Source: an uncultured Mediterraneibacter sp. (GTDB lineage Bacteria > Bacillota > Clostridia > Lachnospirales > Lachnospiraceae). From it: 53,460 nucleotides of DNA. The position numbers and the translations under genes are program-made. Each line of letters opens with the position of its first letter. The first letter of the stretch is position 1. The notes beneath the pieces are model-generated. The model was given only the letters and a program-made list of their open reading frames with translations, had not been told where the DNA came from and did not search any database. The DNA lies in assembly GCA_944377775.1 (NCBI GenBank), contig CALWFY010000164.1, forward strand, positions 1 through 53,460, written 5' to 3'. This document shows positions 1 to 10,258 of this stretch, piece by piece.

Positions 1-879
1 CTTTACAGCCAGCTTCTCGATGCAGACAGCCTTCTCAATGATTTTAACCGTGAGCTGTCTGAATACGCAAAAAGTTTTGAGTTTTCGGAGGAACAGTTTA
101 AAGAGACAGAGGACCGCCTGAATCTGATTAATCATCTGAAGGCAAAATATGGAAATTCTGTCAGCGATATCCTGTCATATTGTGAGCAGAAAAGGAAAAG
201 AATAGAACAACTGAACGATTATGATTCTTTTCGGGCAGAATTAAAGGAAAAGAAAGAGAAGGCGCTGGCTCAAGTCCGGGTTATATCAGATAAGCTGCAT
301 GACGTGCGTGAAAAAAATGCGGCTGCCTTTTCCGAAGCGCTCCGCATTCAGCTGTCAGAACTTAATTTCCTGGATACAAGGCTGGAACTTCGTATTTCTG
401 ACCGGGGACAGTTTACTGCGGACGGAAGGGATGAGGCAGAATTTTATCTGGCATTAAATCCCGGGGAGCCCATGAAAGCGCTGGGAAATATTGCTTCCGG
501 AGGAGAACTTTCCCGTATCATGCTGGCAGTAAAAACCATTCTGGCGGACGAGGAAGATACGCCCACGCTGATCTTTGATGAGATTGACGCCGGCATATCC
601 GGCATTACGGCCGGAAAGGTTGCGGAAAAACTGCGGCTGATCGGAAAGAGACGCCAGGTGATCTGTATCACCCACCTGCCTCAGATCGCGGCGACAGCGG
701 ATGAGCATTTTCTTATTAAGAAGAAAGCTTCAGACAATTCTGTGGAGACTGAAATAGCGCTTTTGCATAAGGAGGGCTCCATAGAAGAACTTGCAAGACT
801 GTTAGGAGGAGCCAGTGTGACAGAGCATATCATGGAGAGTGCGAGAGAGATGAAAGAATTGGCAAAGGGTGAAAGATAA
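1..879 (+). CDS. recN: DNA repair protein RecN (C-terminal part; 5' end outside window)
   Basis: Open from base 1 in the frame of ORF 304..879; SMC-type signature ASGGELSR, Walker B LIFDEID, ITHLPQIA; upstream of spoIVB. Confidence 0.95.
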   Translation, partial: LYSQLLDADSLLNDFNRELSEYAKSFEFSEEQFKETEDRLNLINHLKAKYGNSVSDILSYCEQKRKRIEQLNDYDSFRAELKEKKEKALAQVRVISDKLHDVREKNAAAFSEALRIQLSELNFLDTRLELRISDRGQFTADGRDEAEFYLALNPGEPMKALGNIASGGELSRIMLAVKTILADEEDTPTLIFDEIDAGISGITAGKVAEKLRLIGKRRQVICITHLPQIAATADEHFLIKKKASDNSVETEIALLHKEGSIEELARLLGGASVTEHIMESAREMKELAKGER

Positions 880-913
880 TACCAGTGTGAAACAGGGAAA
901 ACTCACACATACT

Positions 914-950
914 AGAAACGGATACAGCGCATGTATCCGTTTCTTTTTAT
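914..950 (+). terminator. Rho-independent terminator after recN
   Basis: agaaacggataca-gcgca-tgtatccgtttct stem followed by a T run. Confidence 0.7.
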
Positions 951-977
951 TCATTCTGGAGGAAAGGATGTGCAAGT

Positions 978-2057
978 ATGGTGGGAAGCCGGAAACACGG
1001 GGTATATATGGTTTTGCTGCTTATAATTCCCGCTCTGGCGGGCGCGGCGGGTTGGAATTATGCGCAGATGCAGCATGACCGGATACAGGTACAGCAGGCG
1101 GAAGCCGGCACTGAAACGACAGATACCGGCACAGTACTTCTGGGAGGAATGCCGGTGGGAATATACATGGAGACAGACGGAGTCATGGTATTAAGTACAG
1201 ACCAGGTTGAAGGGATTGACGGTCAGGAGTATGAGCCGGCTGCCAATCTGGTGCGATCAGGCGACTATATTACAGCTGTAGACCATCAGGAGATATCCGG
1301 GAAACAGGAACTGCTGGATGCTGTGGATGAGATAGACGGCGATAAAGTGATACTTACAGTGCGCCGGGGAAATGAGACGCTGGATATTAAACTGGATCCT
1401 GTAGAGTATGCCCCCAGTGAATACCGTCTGGGCATTTGGGTGCGGGACAATGTGCAGGGGCTTGGAACCGTCACATTTCTGACGGACAAGAGCCGGTTTG
1501 GAGCCCTGGGACATGGGATACATGACGCGGACACGAACGTGCTGATGTCCATATCCGACGGCTCTGTATACCGCACGAGCATACAGGATATCATCAGGGG
1601 AGCAGATGGTTCACCGGGAAGCATGGAAGGAATTATTGTATATAATAATTACAATGTGCTGGGAAGCGTGGACAAGAACACAGAAGCCGGGATATACGGC
1701 ACGATTGACCGAATTGACGAACTGTTTGAGGAACAGATTCCGATCGAAACCGCGAAAAAGGAAGAGATTGTGACAGGGCCTGCAACAATCAGATGCTATA
1801 TTGACAATGAGTTAAAGGAATATGAAATTCAGGTGACAGATATTGACATGTCGGGTTCTGAGATAAACAAAGGGCTTGTCATTCAGGTGACAGACCCGGA
1901 ACTGCTGGAAAAAACAGGAGGAATCATTCAGGGCATGAGCGGAGGCCCGATTATTCAGAACGGAAAACTGATAGGCGCAGTGACTCATGTATTCGTTCAG
2001 GATTCGACAATGGGATATGGGATATTTATCGAGAATATGCTGGAACAGGTCGAATAG
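978..2057 (+). CDS. spoIVB: SpoIVB peptidase (PDZ + S55 protease)
   Basis: LGIWVRD, GALGHGI, TGGIIQGMSG.PIIQNGKLIGAVTHV motifs; lies between recN and spo0A. Confidence 0.96.
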   Translation: MVGSRKHGVYMVLLLIIPALAGAAGWNYAQMQHDRIQVQQAEAGTETTDTGTVLLGGMPVGIYMETDGVMVLSTDQVEGIDGQEYEPAANLVRSGDYITAVDHQEISGKQELLDAVDEIDGDKVILTVRRGNETLDIKLDPVEYAPSEYRLGIWVRDNVQGLGTVTFLTDKSRFGALGHGIHDADTNVLMSISDGSVYRTSIQDIIRGADGSPGSMEGIIVYNNYNVLGSVDKNTEAGIYGTIDRIDELFEEQIPIETAKKEEIVTGPATIRCYIDNELKEYEIQVTDIDMSGSEINKGLVIQVTDPELLEKTGGIIQGMSGGPIIQNGKLIGAVTHVFVQDSTMGYGIFIENMLEQVE

Positions 2058-2083
2058 TCTGAAACGTCGAAAATTGTGTCGAA
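2003..2083. promoter_or_regulatory. Cluster of Spo0A boxes upstream of spo0A
   Basis: TGTCGAA at 2077-2083; TTCGACA (reverse) at 2003-2009; one-mismatch GGTCGAA 2048-2054 and CGTCGAA 2065-2071. Confidence 0.7.
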
Positions 2084-2182
2084 TTAGAGCTACAAAATTT
2101 CCTTGATTCCGCAATCTGACACAAGATATAATAAGCGAGTGGCGTTTCAAGGCGAGTTCTCAAATCTAAAGGAGAGAAGAGA

Positions 2183-2974
2183 ATGGAGCATTTGAGTGTT
2201 GCCATCGCTGACGATAACCAGAAAATTCTCGATATGCTCGGTGAAATCATCAGTACGGACAAAGAGCTGAATCTGGTCGGCAAGGCAAAAAATGGCGAGG
2301 AGATGTGTCAGATTATTAAAGATAGACAGCCCGACGTTGTCCTTCTCGATCTGATCATGCCGAAAATGGACGGATTGACAGTTATGGAACAGGTAAATCA
2401 GGAGCAATCTGTCAATAAACGTCCGTATTTTATCGTGGTTACAGCGATAGGACAGGAAAAAATTACAGAAGACGCCTTTGACAGAGGCGCGAACTACTAT
2501 ATTATGAAACCTTTCAACAACGAAATGCTGCTGGACCGGATAAAATCTGTAAGCAGAATGTCCCGCAGCAGTGAGAAAAAAGAGGAAAACAGACAAGGGG
2601 GCGCTGTGCAGAAAGGCAGTCTTGAGAACCGGGTGACAAACATGCTCCATGAGATAGGTATTCCGGCTCATATCAAGGGATACCACTATCTCAGAGATGC
2701 GATCATCATGGCGGTAAACGATATGGATGTTTTAAATGCCATCACCAAAATTCTGTATCCGACGGTGGCAAAGAAGTATCAGACAACTTCCAGCCGTGTG
2801 GAGAGGGCCATACGGCATGCCATCGAGGTGGCGTGGAGCAGGGGAAAACTGGATACTCTGGATGAACTTTTCGGATATACGGTGAGCACAGGAAAAGGAA
2901 AGCCTACAAACTCAGAGTTTATTGCTCTGATAGCGGATACAATCCAACTCGAGTACAAACATGCGGGAAAGTAA
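2183..2974 (+). CDS. spo0A: Sporulation master regulator Spo0A
   Basis: Receiver domain plus [34 protein letters not shown]. Confidence 0.99.
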   Translation: MEHLSVAIADDNQKILDMLGEIISTDKELNLVGKAKNGEEMCQIIKDRQPDVVLLDLIMPKMDGLTVMEQVNQEQSVNKRPYFIVVTAIGQEKITEDAFDRGANYYIMKPFNNEMLLDRIKSVSRMSRSSEKKEENRQGGAVQKGSLENRVTNMLHEIGIPAHIKGYHYLRDAIIMAVNDMDVLNAITKILYPTVAKKYQTTSSRVERAIRHAIEVAWSRGKLDTLDELFGYTVSTGKGKPTNSEFIALIADTIQLEYKHAGK

Positions 2975-3096
2975 AAAAGGCGGCACAGCAGGAATGCGGG
3001 AACGATAAAACTCTTTGCATTATGCAGGAAATGGGGTATAATATACATTAGTGAATGCATCGGGGAGACTGATGCGGAAAACGGAGGATCGGAAGG

Positions 3097-4545
3097 ATGA
3101 AAAACATTTTATTTGCTGCTTCGGAATGTGTGCCATTTATTAAAACCGGCGGGCTTGCCGACGTTGTGGGTTCGCTCCCCAAGGATTTTGACAAAGAGAA
3201 ATATGATGTGCGCGTCGTTATTCCGAATTATACATGCATGAAGCAGGGGTGGAAAGAAAAGCTGGAGTATGTAACACACTTTTACATGGATATTGCAGGG
3301 CAGAACCAGTATGTGGGTGTACTCAGCACTGTTCTTAACGGTATCAGGTTCTACTTTATTGACAATGAACATTATTTCAGCGGATTCACACCCTATGACG
3401 GAGACCCGAAATGGGGAATTGAAAAATTTGCATTTTTCTCGAAAGCAGTATTGAGCATACTTCCTGTAATCGGCTTTCGGCCGGAATTGATTCACTGTCA
3501 TGACTGGCAGACCGGACTGATCCCGGTATATCTGGATAACTTCAGATTCATGGGAGAATATTACCGGGGAATCAAGACGGTTATGACAATACATAACCTG
3601 AAATTCCAGGGAGTCTGGGATACAAAGACTGTGCGTGAGATTACAGGACTTCCGGAATATTATTTTGTTCCCGACAAGATGGAGGCTTATAAAGATGCAA
3701 ATCTTTTAAAGGGCGGCATCGTGTATGCGGATAAAGTAACTACCGTGAGCAATAGCTATGCGGATGAGATTAAGACACCGTTTTACGGGGAGGGCCTTGA
3801 CGGGCTGATGTCAGCCAGATCAAATGATCTGCGCGGTATTGTGAACGGGCTGGATTATGAAGACTGGAATCCTCAGACTGATAAGAGGATCGCAAAGAAC
3901 TTTTCAATCGAAAACTTCCGAAGAGTTAAACCTTTGAATAAAAAGGCACTACAGGAAGAACTGGGACTGGAAGCAGACCCGAAAGTAATGCTGATCGGTA
4001 TGGTGTCCAGACTGACAGACCAGAAGGGGTTTGATCTGGTGGATTATGTTATGGATGAACTCTGCCAGGATGCAGTGCAGATCGTTGTACTTGGAACAGG
4101 TGATGTGAAATATGAAAACATGTTCCGCCATTTTGCATGGAAATATCCGGGGAAGGTATCGGCAAATATCTATTATTCAGATGAGCTTGCGCACAAGATT
4201 TATGCATCATGCGATGCCTTTTTGATGCCGTCTTTGTTCGAGCCATGCGGTCTCAGCCAGCTTATGAGCCTGCGTTACGGTACTCTGCCGATCGTCCGCG
4301 AGACCGGTGGATTAAGAGACACTGTACAGCCGTACAATGAATATGAAAAGACCGGAACCGGATTCAGTTTCTGCAATTATAATGCACATGAGATGCTGAA
4401 TACCGTTCGTTATGCCGAGAGAATTTATTATGATAAAAAGAGGGATTGGAATAAGATGGTAGAGCGCGCCATGAGTCAGGATTTCTCATGGAAGACGTCT
4501 GCAGGACATTATGAAGACCTTTATAAAGAACTGATCGGCGAATAG
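3097..4545 (+). CDS. glgA: Glycogen synthase
   Basis: KTGGLADV, HCHDWQ, FEPCGLSQL, RETGGL motifs. Confidence 0.97.
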   Translation: MKNILFAASECVPFIKTGGLADVVGSLPKDFDKEKYDVRVVIPNYTCMKQGWKEKLEYVTHFYMDIAGQNQYVGVLSTVLNGIRFYFIDNEHYFSGFTPYDGDPKWGIEKFAFFSKAVLSILPVIGFRPELIHCHDWQTGLIPVYLDNFRFMGEYYRGIKTVMTIHNLKFQGVWDTKTVREITGLPEYYFVPDKMEAYKDANLLKGGIVYADKVTTVSNSYADEIKTPFYGEGLDGLMSARSNDLRGIVNGLDYEDWNPQTDKRIAKNFSIENFRRVKPLNKKALQEELGLEADPKVMLIGMVSRLTDQKGFDLVDYVMDELCQDAVQIVVLGTGDVKYENMFRHFAWKYPGKVSANIYYSDELAHKIYASCDAFLMPSLFEPCGLSQLMSLRYGTLPIVRETGGLRDTVQPYNEYEKTGTGFSFCNYNAHEMLNTVRYAERIYYDKKRDWNKMVERAMSQDFSWKTSAGHYEDLYKELIGE

Positions 4546-4576
4546 ACTATACAGAAGACAGGAGAGTTTTGACCGG

Positions 4577-5446
4577 ATGAAGATAATCGACAGACTGAAT
4601 GAGGAAAGAATACACATATCATTTGAAGTGTTCCCGCCAAAGACGAATGAAGGATTCGATAAAGTGATCGCTGCGGTAGATGCAATGGCGCAGTTAAATC
4701 CTGCATTTATCAGTGTGACGTATGGGGCAGGAGGAGGCACGAGCAGAAACACAGGCAAGATTGCCTCCCATATTAAAGAAGACTTAGATACGCTCAGCCT
4801 GGCGCACCTGACCTGCGCGTCTTCCACAAAGGAAGAAGTGCAGAGAGTCATTGAAGATTTAAAGGAACTTGGTATTGAGAACATACTCGCTCTGCGGGGA
4901 GATATTCCCGAAAGAATAAATTTCCCTGACACGGATCGTTTCCGTTATGCCTGCGAGCTGGTGGAGGAGATCAGAAGACATGGGGATTTCTGTATCGGAG
5001 CAGCCTGCTATCCGGAAGGACATGTGGAGAATGAGCACAAGGAAGATGATATCCGGTATCTGAAACAAAAAGTGGACAGCGGAGTGGATTTCCTGACGAC
5101 TCAGATGTTTTTTGATAATGATGTCCACTATAATTTTCTATACCGGATACGGGAAGCCGGGATTACGGTTCCGGTTCTTCCGGGAATCATGCCCATTACG
5201 AGCGCTTCACAGATGAAGAAAAGCCAGGAACTCTCAGGCACTGTTTTTCCGCGCAGATTTCTGGCAATCCTGGATCGGTTCGGTTCTTCACCGGCAGCCA
5301 TGAAACAGGCCGGGATCGCCTATGCTACGGACCAGATCATCGACTTGCTTGCAAACGGTGTGAAGAATATACATATTTATACGATGAACAAACCGGATGT
5401 GGCGGCAGCAATCATGAATAATCTGTCTGAGATCATAAAGGTTTAG
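4577..5446 (+). CDS. metF: Methylenetetrahydrofolate reductase
   Basis: SFEVFPPK, SVTYGAGG, AHLTC, ALRGD, TQMFFD. Confidence 0.95.
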   Translation: MKIIDRLNEERIHISFEVFPPKTNEGFDKVIAAVDAMAQLNPAFISVTYGAGGGTSRNTGKIASHIKEDLDTLSLAHLTCASSTKEEVQRVIEDLKELGIENILALRGDIPERINFPDTDRFRYACELVEEIRRHGDFCIGAACYPEGHVENEHKEDDIRYLKQKVDSGVDFLTTQMFFDNDVHYNFLYRIREAGITVPVLPGIMPITSASQMKKSQELSGTVFPRRFLAILDRFGSSPAAMKQAGIAYATDQIIDLLANGVKNIHIYTMNKPDVAAAIMNNLSEIIKV

Positions 5447-5455
5447 GAGGCAGAT

Positions 5456-6100
5456 ATGGAGAGGCGGACAAGAGAGACCCTCCGATATCTGGGATACGGA
5501 AAAAATGCGGCAGATGAAAAAACTTTGGCGCTGATCAAAGATGTGTTTGCAGAATTGGAGCAAACTGCGGCGCCAAAGTCCATCTGTCGTGTTTTTGATT
5601 TAGAACAGACAGAGGATGGCGGAATATTTATCGGAAATCTTAAAATCAGGAGCAGCAGCTTAAGCCGGAATTTAAAAGGATGCGTCAAAGCTGTACTTTT
5701 TGGAGCAACACTGGGGACAGGAACAGACCGGCTTATCGCCCGTGCATCCTTGAAAGATATGGCGGAAGCGGTAGTCATTCAGGCGTGCGCAGCTGCCCTT
5801 CTGGAAGAATACTGCGATCAGGAACAGATGAAAATTGCAGAGAATATGGGAAAACAGGGACTGTACCTCAGACCAAGATTCAGCCCGGGATACGGAGATT
5901 TTGATATCGCGTATCAGGAACCGGTCATGCGGATGCTGGATTGTGCAAAGACGATCGGCCTGACCATGACGGACAGCTTTATGCTGACTCCCATGAAGTC
6001 TGTGACAGCCGTGATAGGGGCGGCACCGGTTAAAGAGCCGTGCCCTGTGGCGGGATGCGAGGCGTGTGGGAAAAAGGACTGTGAATACAGACGGAGATAA
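5456..6100 (+). CDS. Stand-alone B12 methionine synthase reactivation domain
   Basis: FGATLG, RFSPGYGD, LTPMKSVTAVIG, C-terminal CxxCxxxxC; directly upstream of metH. Confidence 0.9.
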   Translation: MERRTRETLRYLGYGKNAADEKTLALIKDVFAELEQTAAPKSICRVFDLEQTEDGGIFIGNLKIRSSSLSRNLKGCVKAVLFGATLGTGTDRLIARASLKDMAEAVVIQACAAALLEEYCDQEQMKIAENMGKQGLYLRPRFSPGYGDFDIAYQEPVMRMLDCAKTIGLTMTDSFMLTPMKSVTAVIGAAPVKEPCPVAGCEACGKKDCEYRRR

Positions 6101-6122
6101 CAGGAGAAAGGACTTACAGAAT

Positions 6123-8540
6123 ATGCTCAGAGAACGACTTGGAAAAGAACTGTTATATTTGGACGGCGGGATGGGAACCCTTCTGCAGGACAGAGGGCTT
6201 GCGCCCGGTGAACTGCCGGAAATATGGAATGTGACGCATCCGGAGGTAATCCGGGAGATACACAGGCTGTATATGGAAGCCGGAAGCGATATTGTGCTGA
6301 CAAACACATTCGGGGCAAACGCGCTGAAATTTCATGATACAAACTGTTCGCTGGAGGAAATTGTGACAGCCGCAGTGGGACATGTAAAGGCGGCGGCCGG
6401 CGAGTTGGGAAAAGAAGATAAAATCTTTACCGCTCTTGATGTAGGACCTACGGGAAAACTTTTAAAGCCTATGGGAGACCTTGAGTTTGAAACAGCTTAT
6501 GAGGCGTTCAAAGAAGTGATGGTGATGGGAGAAAAAGCAGGGGCGGACCTGATTCACATCGAGACAATGAGCGATACCTATGAACTGAAAGCCGCAGTGC
6601 TGGCTGCAAAGGAAAACACGTCTCTTCCGGTATTTGCAACCGTGGTCTTTGATGAGAGGCACAAATTGCTCACCGGAGCAGATGTGCCTGCTGTCACAGC
6701 GCTTCTGGAGGGACTCAGAGTGGATGCCATGGGAGTCAATTGCAGCATGGGGCCGGAGCAGATGCTTCCGGTACTGGAGGAACTGACAGCTTATACTTCC
6801 CTGCCGGTGATCGTAAAACCAAATGCCGGACTTCCAAAACAGAGAGACGGAAAGACTTATTATGATGTGGAGCCTGAGGTGTTTGCCTGTCTGATGCGAC
6901 AGATAACCCGGATGGGGGCGTCCGTGATCGGCGGATGCTGCGGGACAACGCCGGAACATATCCGCTCTATGACAGAAGTTTGCCGCAGAGACGATATCTT
7001 TCCGATCCGGGAGAAAGAATATACGGTCGTATCTTCCTATGGACAGAGTGTGTTTCTTGGAAACAGTACTGAGAAGAAGCACGGTTCTGTCATTATCGGC
7101 GAGCGGATCAATCCTACCGGGAAAAAACGATTTAAACAGGCGCTCAAAGAACACGATCTGGATTACATTCTGCGGGAGGGGATCGCGCAGCAGGATAACG
7201 GGGCTCATATTCTGGATGTAAATGTAGGGCTTCCGGACATTGACGAGCTTTCTCTTATGAGAGAAGTTGTGCTGGAACTACAGTCTGTTGTCAACCTGCC
7301 GCTTCAGATCGACACAGTGGATGCAGAGGCCATGGAAAATGCGCTGCGCATCTACAACGGAAAGGCAATGGTCAATTCTGTCAGCGGAAAACAGGAGTCC
7401 ATGGACAAAGTATTTCCCCTGATTCAGAAATACGGCGGTGTGGTGATCGGGCTTACACTTGATGAGAACGGGATACCTTCTGACGCTGATGGCCGGATAA
7501 AAATTGCCCGAAAGATCATCAGTGAAGCAGCAAAATACGGAATCAAAAAAAAGGATATTGTGATCGACGCCCTTGCGATGACGATCAGTTCTGAACCTGA
7601 GGGAGCCAAGGTAACATTGGAGACACTGCGCCGGCTGAGGGACGAGGTGAAAGTGAATACAGTGCTTGGCGTGTCCAATATCTCTTTCGGACTTCCCGCA
7701 CGCCCGGCTGTCAATGCATCGTTCTATACGCTGGCAATGATGAACGGATTAAGCGCAGGGATTATAAACCCATCTTCGGAGGATATGATGAAAGCCTGGT
7801 ATGCTTACCATGCTCTTATGAATCTGGATGAAAACTGTGCGGGCTATATAGAAAGATTCGGAAACGCTGCAGCGCCGGTTGGGGAGAATAGTAAAGATTT
7901 ATTGAAAAAAAACGATTCCCGGATGTCGCTGGCACCAGCCATCGAAAAGGGATTGAAAGAAGATGCGGCAAAAATCACTTCAGAAGCCATCAAAGAACGC
8001 GCGCCGCTGGATATTATCAATGAAGAACTGATTCCTGCTTTGAATCATGTGGGTGAAGGTTTTGAAAAGGGCACGATCTTTCTTCCCCAGCTGCTTATGA
8101 GCGCGGAGGCGGCAAAGAGCGCGTTCACAGTCCTTAAAGAACAGATGGACAAGAGCGGAGAAGCACAGGAGAAGAAGGGAACAGTAGTTATTGCCACTGT
8201 AAAAGGAGATATCCACGATATCGGAAAGAATATTGTCAGGGTGCTGCTGGATAATTACGGATTTCACGTCATTGATCTGGGGAAAGACGTGCCTCCGGAA
8301 AAGATCGTGGATACAGTGCTCAAATATGATGTCAGGCTGGTGGGCTTAAGCGCTCTTATGACCACAACAGTGACCAGCATGGAGGAGACGATCCGTCTGC
8401 TTAAAGAAAAGGCTCCAAAATGCCGCATCATGGTCGGAGGAGCAGTACTCAATCAAGAGTATGCGGACATGATCGGAGCTGATTTTTACGGGAAAGACGC
8501 CATGCAGTCCGTACATTATGCGCAGGATATCTTTGCGTAA
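6123..8540 (+). CDS. metH: Cobalamin-dependent methionine synthase (Hcy, pterin and B12 domains; no fused activation domain)
   Basis: LDGGMGT, GGCCGT, IGERINPTG, GDIHDIGKN; ATG at 6123 chosen after purine-rich RBS. Confidence 0.93.
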   Translation: MLRERLGKELLYLDGGMGTLLQDRGLAPGELPEIWNVTHPEVIREIHRLYMEAGSDIVLTNTFGANALKFHDTNCSLEEIVTAAVGHVKAAAGELGKEDKIFTALDVGPTGKLLKPMGDLEFETAYEAFKEVMVMGEKAGADLIHIETMSDTYELKAAVLAAKENTSLPVFATVVFDERHKLLTGADVPAVTALLEGLRVDAMGVNCSMGPEQMLPVLEELTAYTSLPVIVKPNAGLPKQRDGKTYYDVEPEVFACLMRQITRMGASVIGGCCGTTPEHIRSMTEVCRRDDIFPIREKEYTVVSSYGQSVFLGNSTEKKHGSVIIGERINPTGKKRFKQALKEHDLDYILREGIAQQDNGAHILDVNVGLPDIDELSLMREVVLELQSVVNLPLQIDTVDAEAMENALRIYNGKAMVNSVSGKQESMDKVFPLIQKYGGVVIGLTLDENGIPSDADGRIKIARKIISEAAKYGIKKKDIVIDALAMTISSEPEGAKVTLETLRRLRDEVKVNTVLGVSNISFGLPARPAVNASFYTLAMMNGLSAGIINPSSEDMMKAWYAYHALMNLDENCAGYIERFGNAAAPVGENSKDLLKKNDSRMSLAPAIEKGLKEDAAKITSEAIKERAPLDIINEELIPALNHVGEGFEKGTIFLPQLLMSAEAAKSAFTVLKEQMDKSGEAQEKKGTVVIATVKGDIHDIGKNIVRVLLDNYGFHVIDLGKDVPPEKIVDTVLKYDVRLVGLSALMTTTVTSMEETIRLLKEKAPKCRIMVGGAVLNQEYADMIGADFYGKDAMQSVHYAQDIFA

Positions 8541-8546
8541 CAGCTA

Positions 8547-8575
8547 TTGACAACAAATTACCAAAAAGATATATT
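8547..8575 (+). promoter_or_regulatory. Sigma-A promoter of hydrogenase gene
   Basis: TTGACA-17 nt-TATATT. Confidence 0.7.
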
Positions 8576-8641
8576 TGAAAGAGAAAAATACAGACCGGAA
8601 GCGAGCTTCCGACAAACATAAGATCAGGAGGATGAAAGTTT

Positions 8642-10153
8642 ATGATGAGAGGATTGCAGACTCCCGTAAGAGCGATCAGAAGACGGGTGTTTACAGAAGT
8701 GGCAAAGCTGGGATTTAAGGCAGATGCAGACACACTTCTTGATGATATGGAAGCAATTCCGTATGAGATTGTCAATGACGATACAGAGAAATACCGTGAA
8801 AGTACATACCGTTCCCGTGCGATCGTGCGCGAGAGACTCCGCCTGGCCATGGGACTGTCCCTGCGTCCGGAGAACAGACCGGTCCACCTGACAGCAGGAG
8901 TTGAGGCAAGCAATATTTCTGAGAAATATTATGAGCCGCCGCTTATGCAGGTGATTCCGTCTGCATGTGAGAGCTGTGAGGAGAATAAATATGAGGTGAG
9001 CAATGTCTGTAAAGGATGTCTGGCACATCCGTGTCAGGAAGTCTGCCCCAAGGGCGCTATTTCCATGGTAAACGGACGTTCTTACATTGATCAGGACAAA
9101 TGTATCAAATGCGGCAAATGTAAATCAGTCTGTCCGTATGATGCGATCGCCAAAAAAGAACGCCCCTGTCAGAAAGCATGCGGTGTGAATGCGATTGTCT
9201 CAGACAAATACGGTCGCGCCTATATTGACAATGATAAATGTGTATCCTGCGGAATGTGTATGGTGAGTTGCCCCTTTGGCGCCATTTCAGACAAATCTCA
9301 GATATTCCAGCTGGCGAGAGCGCTTTCTGAAGGCGAGGAGGTTATTGCGGAAATCGCTCCGGCATTTGTAGGGCAGTTTGGGGATAATATTACGCCCAGA
9401 AATATTAAGGCGGCGCTTCGAGAACTTGGATTTTCCGAAGTGTATGAAGTCGCTCTTGGAGCGGATATCGGCGCGATAGCTGAAGCGCACCATTATGTGG
9501 ACAAGGTAGTGCCAGGAGAGCTTCCGTTCCTTCTGACATCCTGCTGTCCGTCATGGGCGGTGCTGGCAAAGAAATTCTTCCCCGATCTGATCGACCAGAT
9601 ATCACAGGAGCTGACCCCCATGGTGGCGACCGCAAGGACGATCAAGCAGGAGCATCCGGATGCAAAAGTAGTGTTTATCGGGCCCTGCGCTTCAAAGAAG
9701 CTGGAGGCTTCCAGAAGATCTGTCAGAAGTGATGTTGATTTTGTGGTGACATTTGAAGAGATACAGGCAATGTTCGATGCCAGGGGGATTGACCTGACTG
9801 AGTACGAGGCAGAGTCTTCTTTCCACGATGCAACTGGAGCCGGAAGAGGTTACGGCTGTGCCGGAGGTGTGGCAGAGGCCATTGAAAAATGTATTAATGA
9901 ATATTATCCGGATGTACAGGTGAATATCGAGCACGCAGAGGGACTGGCAGAGTGTAAGAAAATACTGACGCTTGCAAAAGCGGGACGCATGAACGGATGC
10001 CTCATCGAGGGCATGGGATGCCCGGGAGGCTGTATTGCGGGCGCGGGTACGAATATTCCGGTGCAGAAAGCGAAGAAGAATCTTGCTGCTTTTGTAAAAA
10101 ATTCCAGCAAGGCGATTCCAGCAAAAGAGCTGGAGGAGATCGAACTGAAATAG
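8642..10153 (+). CDS. Monomeric [FeFe] hydrogenase (group B-like) with ferredoxin domains
   Basis: CxxCxxCxxxCP clusters; H-cluster motifs TSCCPSW, GPCASKKLE, EGMGCPGGC. Confidence 0.92.
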   Translation: MMRGLQTPVRAIRRRVFTEVAKLGFKADADTLLDDMEAIPYEIVNDDTEKYRESTYRSRAIVRERLRLAMGLSLRPENRPVHLTAGVEASNISEKYYEPPLMQVIPSACESCEENKYEVSNVCKGCLAHPCQEVCPKGAISMVNGRSYIDQDKCIKCGKCKSVCPYDAIAKKERPCQKACGVNAIVSDKYGRAYIDNDKCVSCGMCMVSCPFGAISDKSQIFQLARALSEGEEVIAEIAPAFVGQFGDNITPRNIKAALRELGFSEVYEVALGADIGAIAEAHHYVDKVVPGELPFLLTSCCPSWAVLAKKFFPDLIDQISQELTPMVATARTIKQEHPDAKVVFIGPCASKKLEASRRSVRSDVDFVVTFEEIQAMFDARGIDLTEYEAESSFHDATGAGRGYGCAGGVAEAIEKCINEYYPDVQVNIEHAEGLAECKKILTLAKAGRMNGCLIEGMGCPGGCIAGAGTNIPVQKAKKNLAAFVKNSSKAIPAKELEEIELK

Positions 10154-10164
10154 ACATTCTATTT

Positions 10165-10193
10165 AAGCGGGCGCTTTTCGAGCGTCCGCTTTA
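10165..10193 (+). terminator. GC-rich hairpin after hydrogenase gene
   Basis: aagcgggcgct/agcgtccgctt stem with short T tail. Confidence 0.55.
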
Positions 10194-10258
10194 CAAATAT
10201 ATCCTGCTGTGATATATTATAAAACAGGCTTTTTGGAGCAAAAGAGGAGGATTATACA

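Noticed and set aside
875-914. Forespore sigma-F/G promoter for spoIVB
   Set aside because: Candidate -10 elements (GGGAAAACT, CATACTA) are present but -35 matches are poor; not supportable by eye.
10154-10258. T-box leader upstream of alaS
   Set aside because: Only ~105 nt intergenic, with no T-box consensus.
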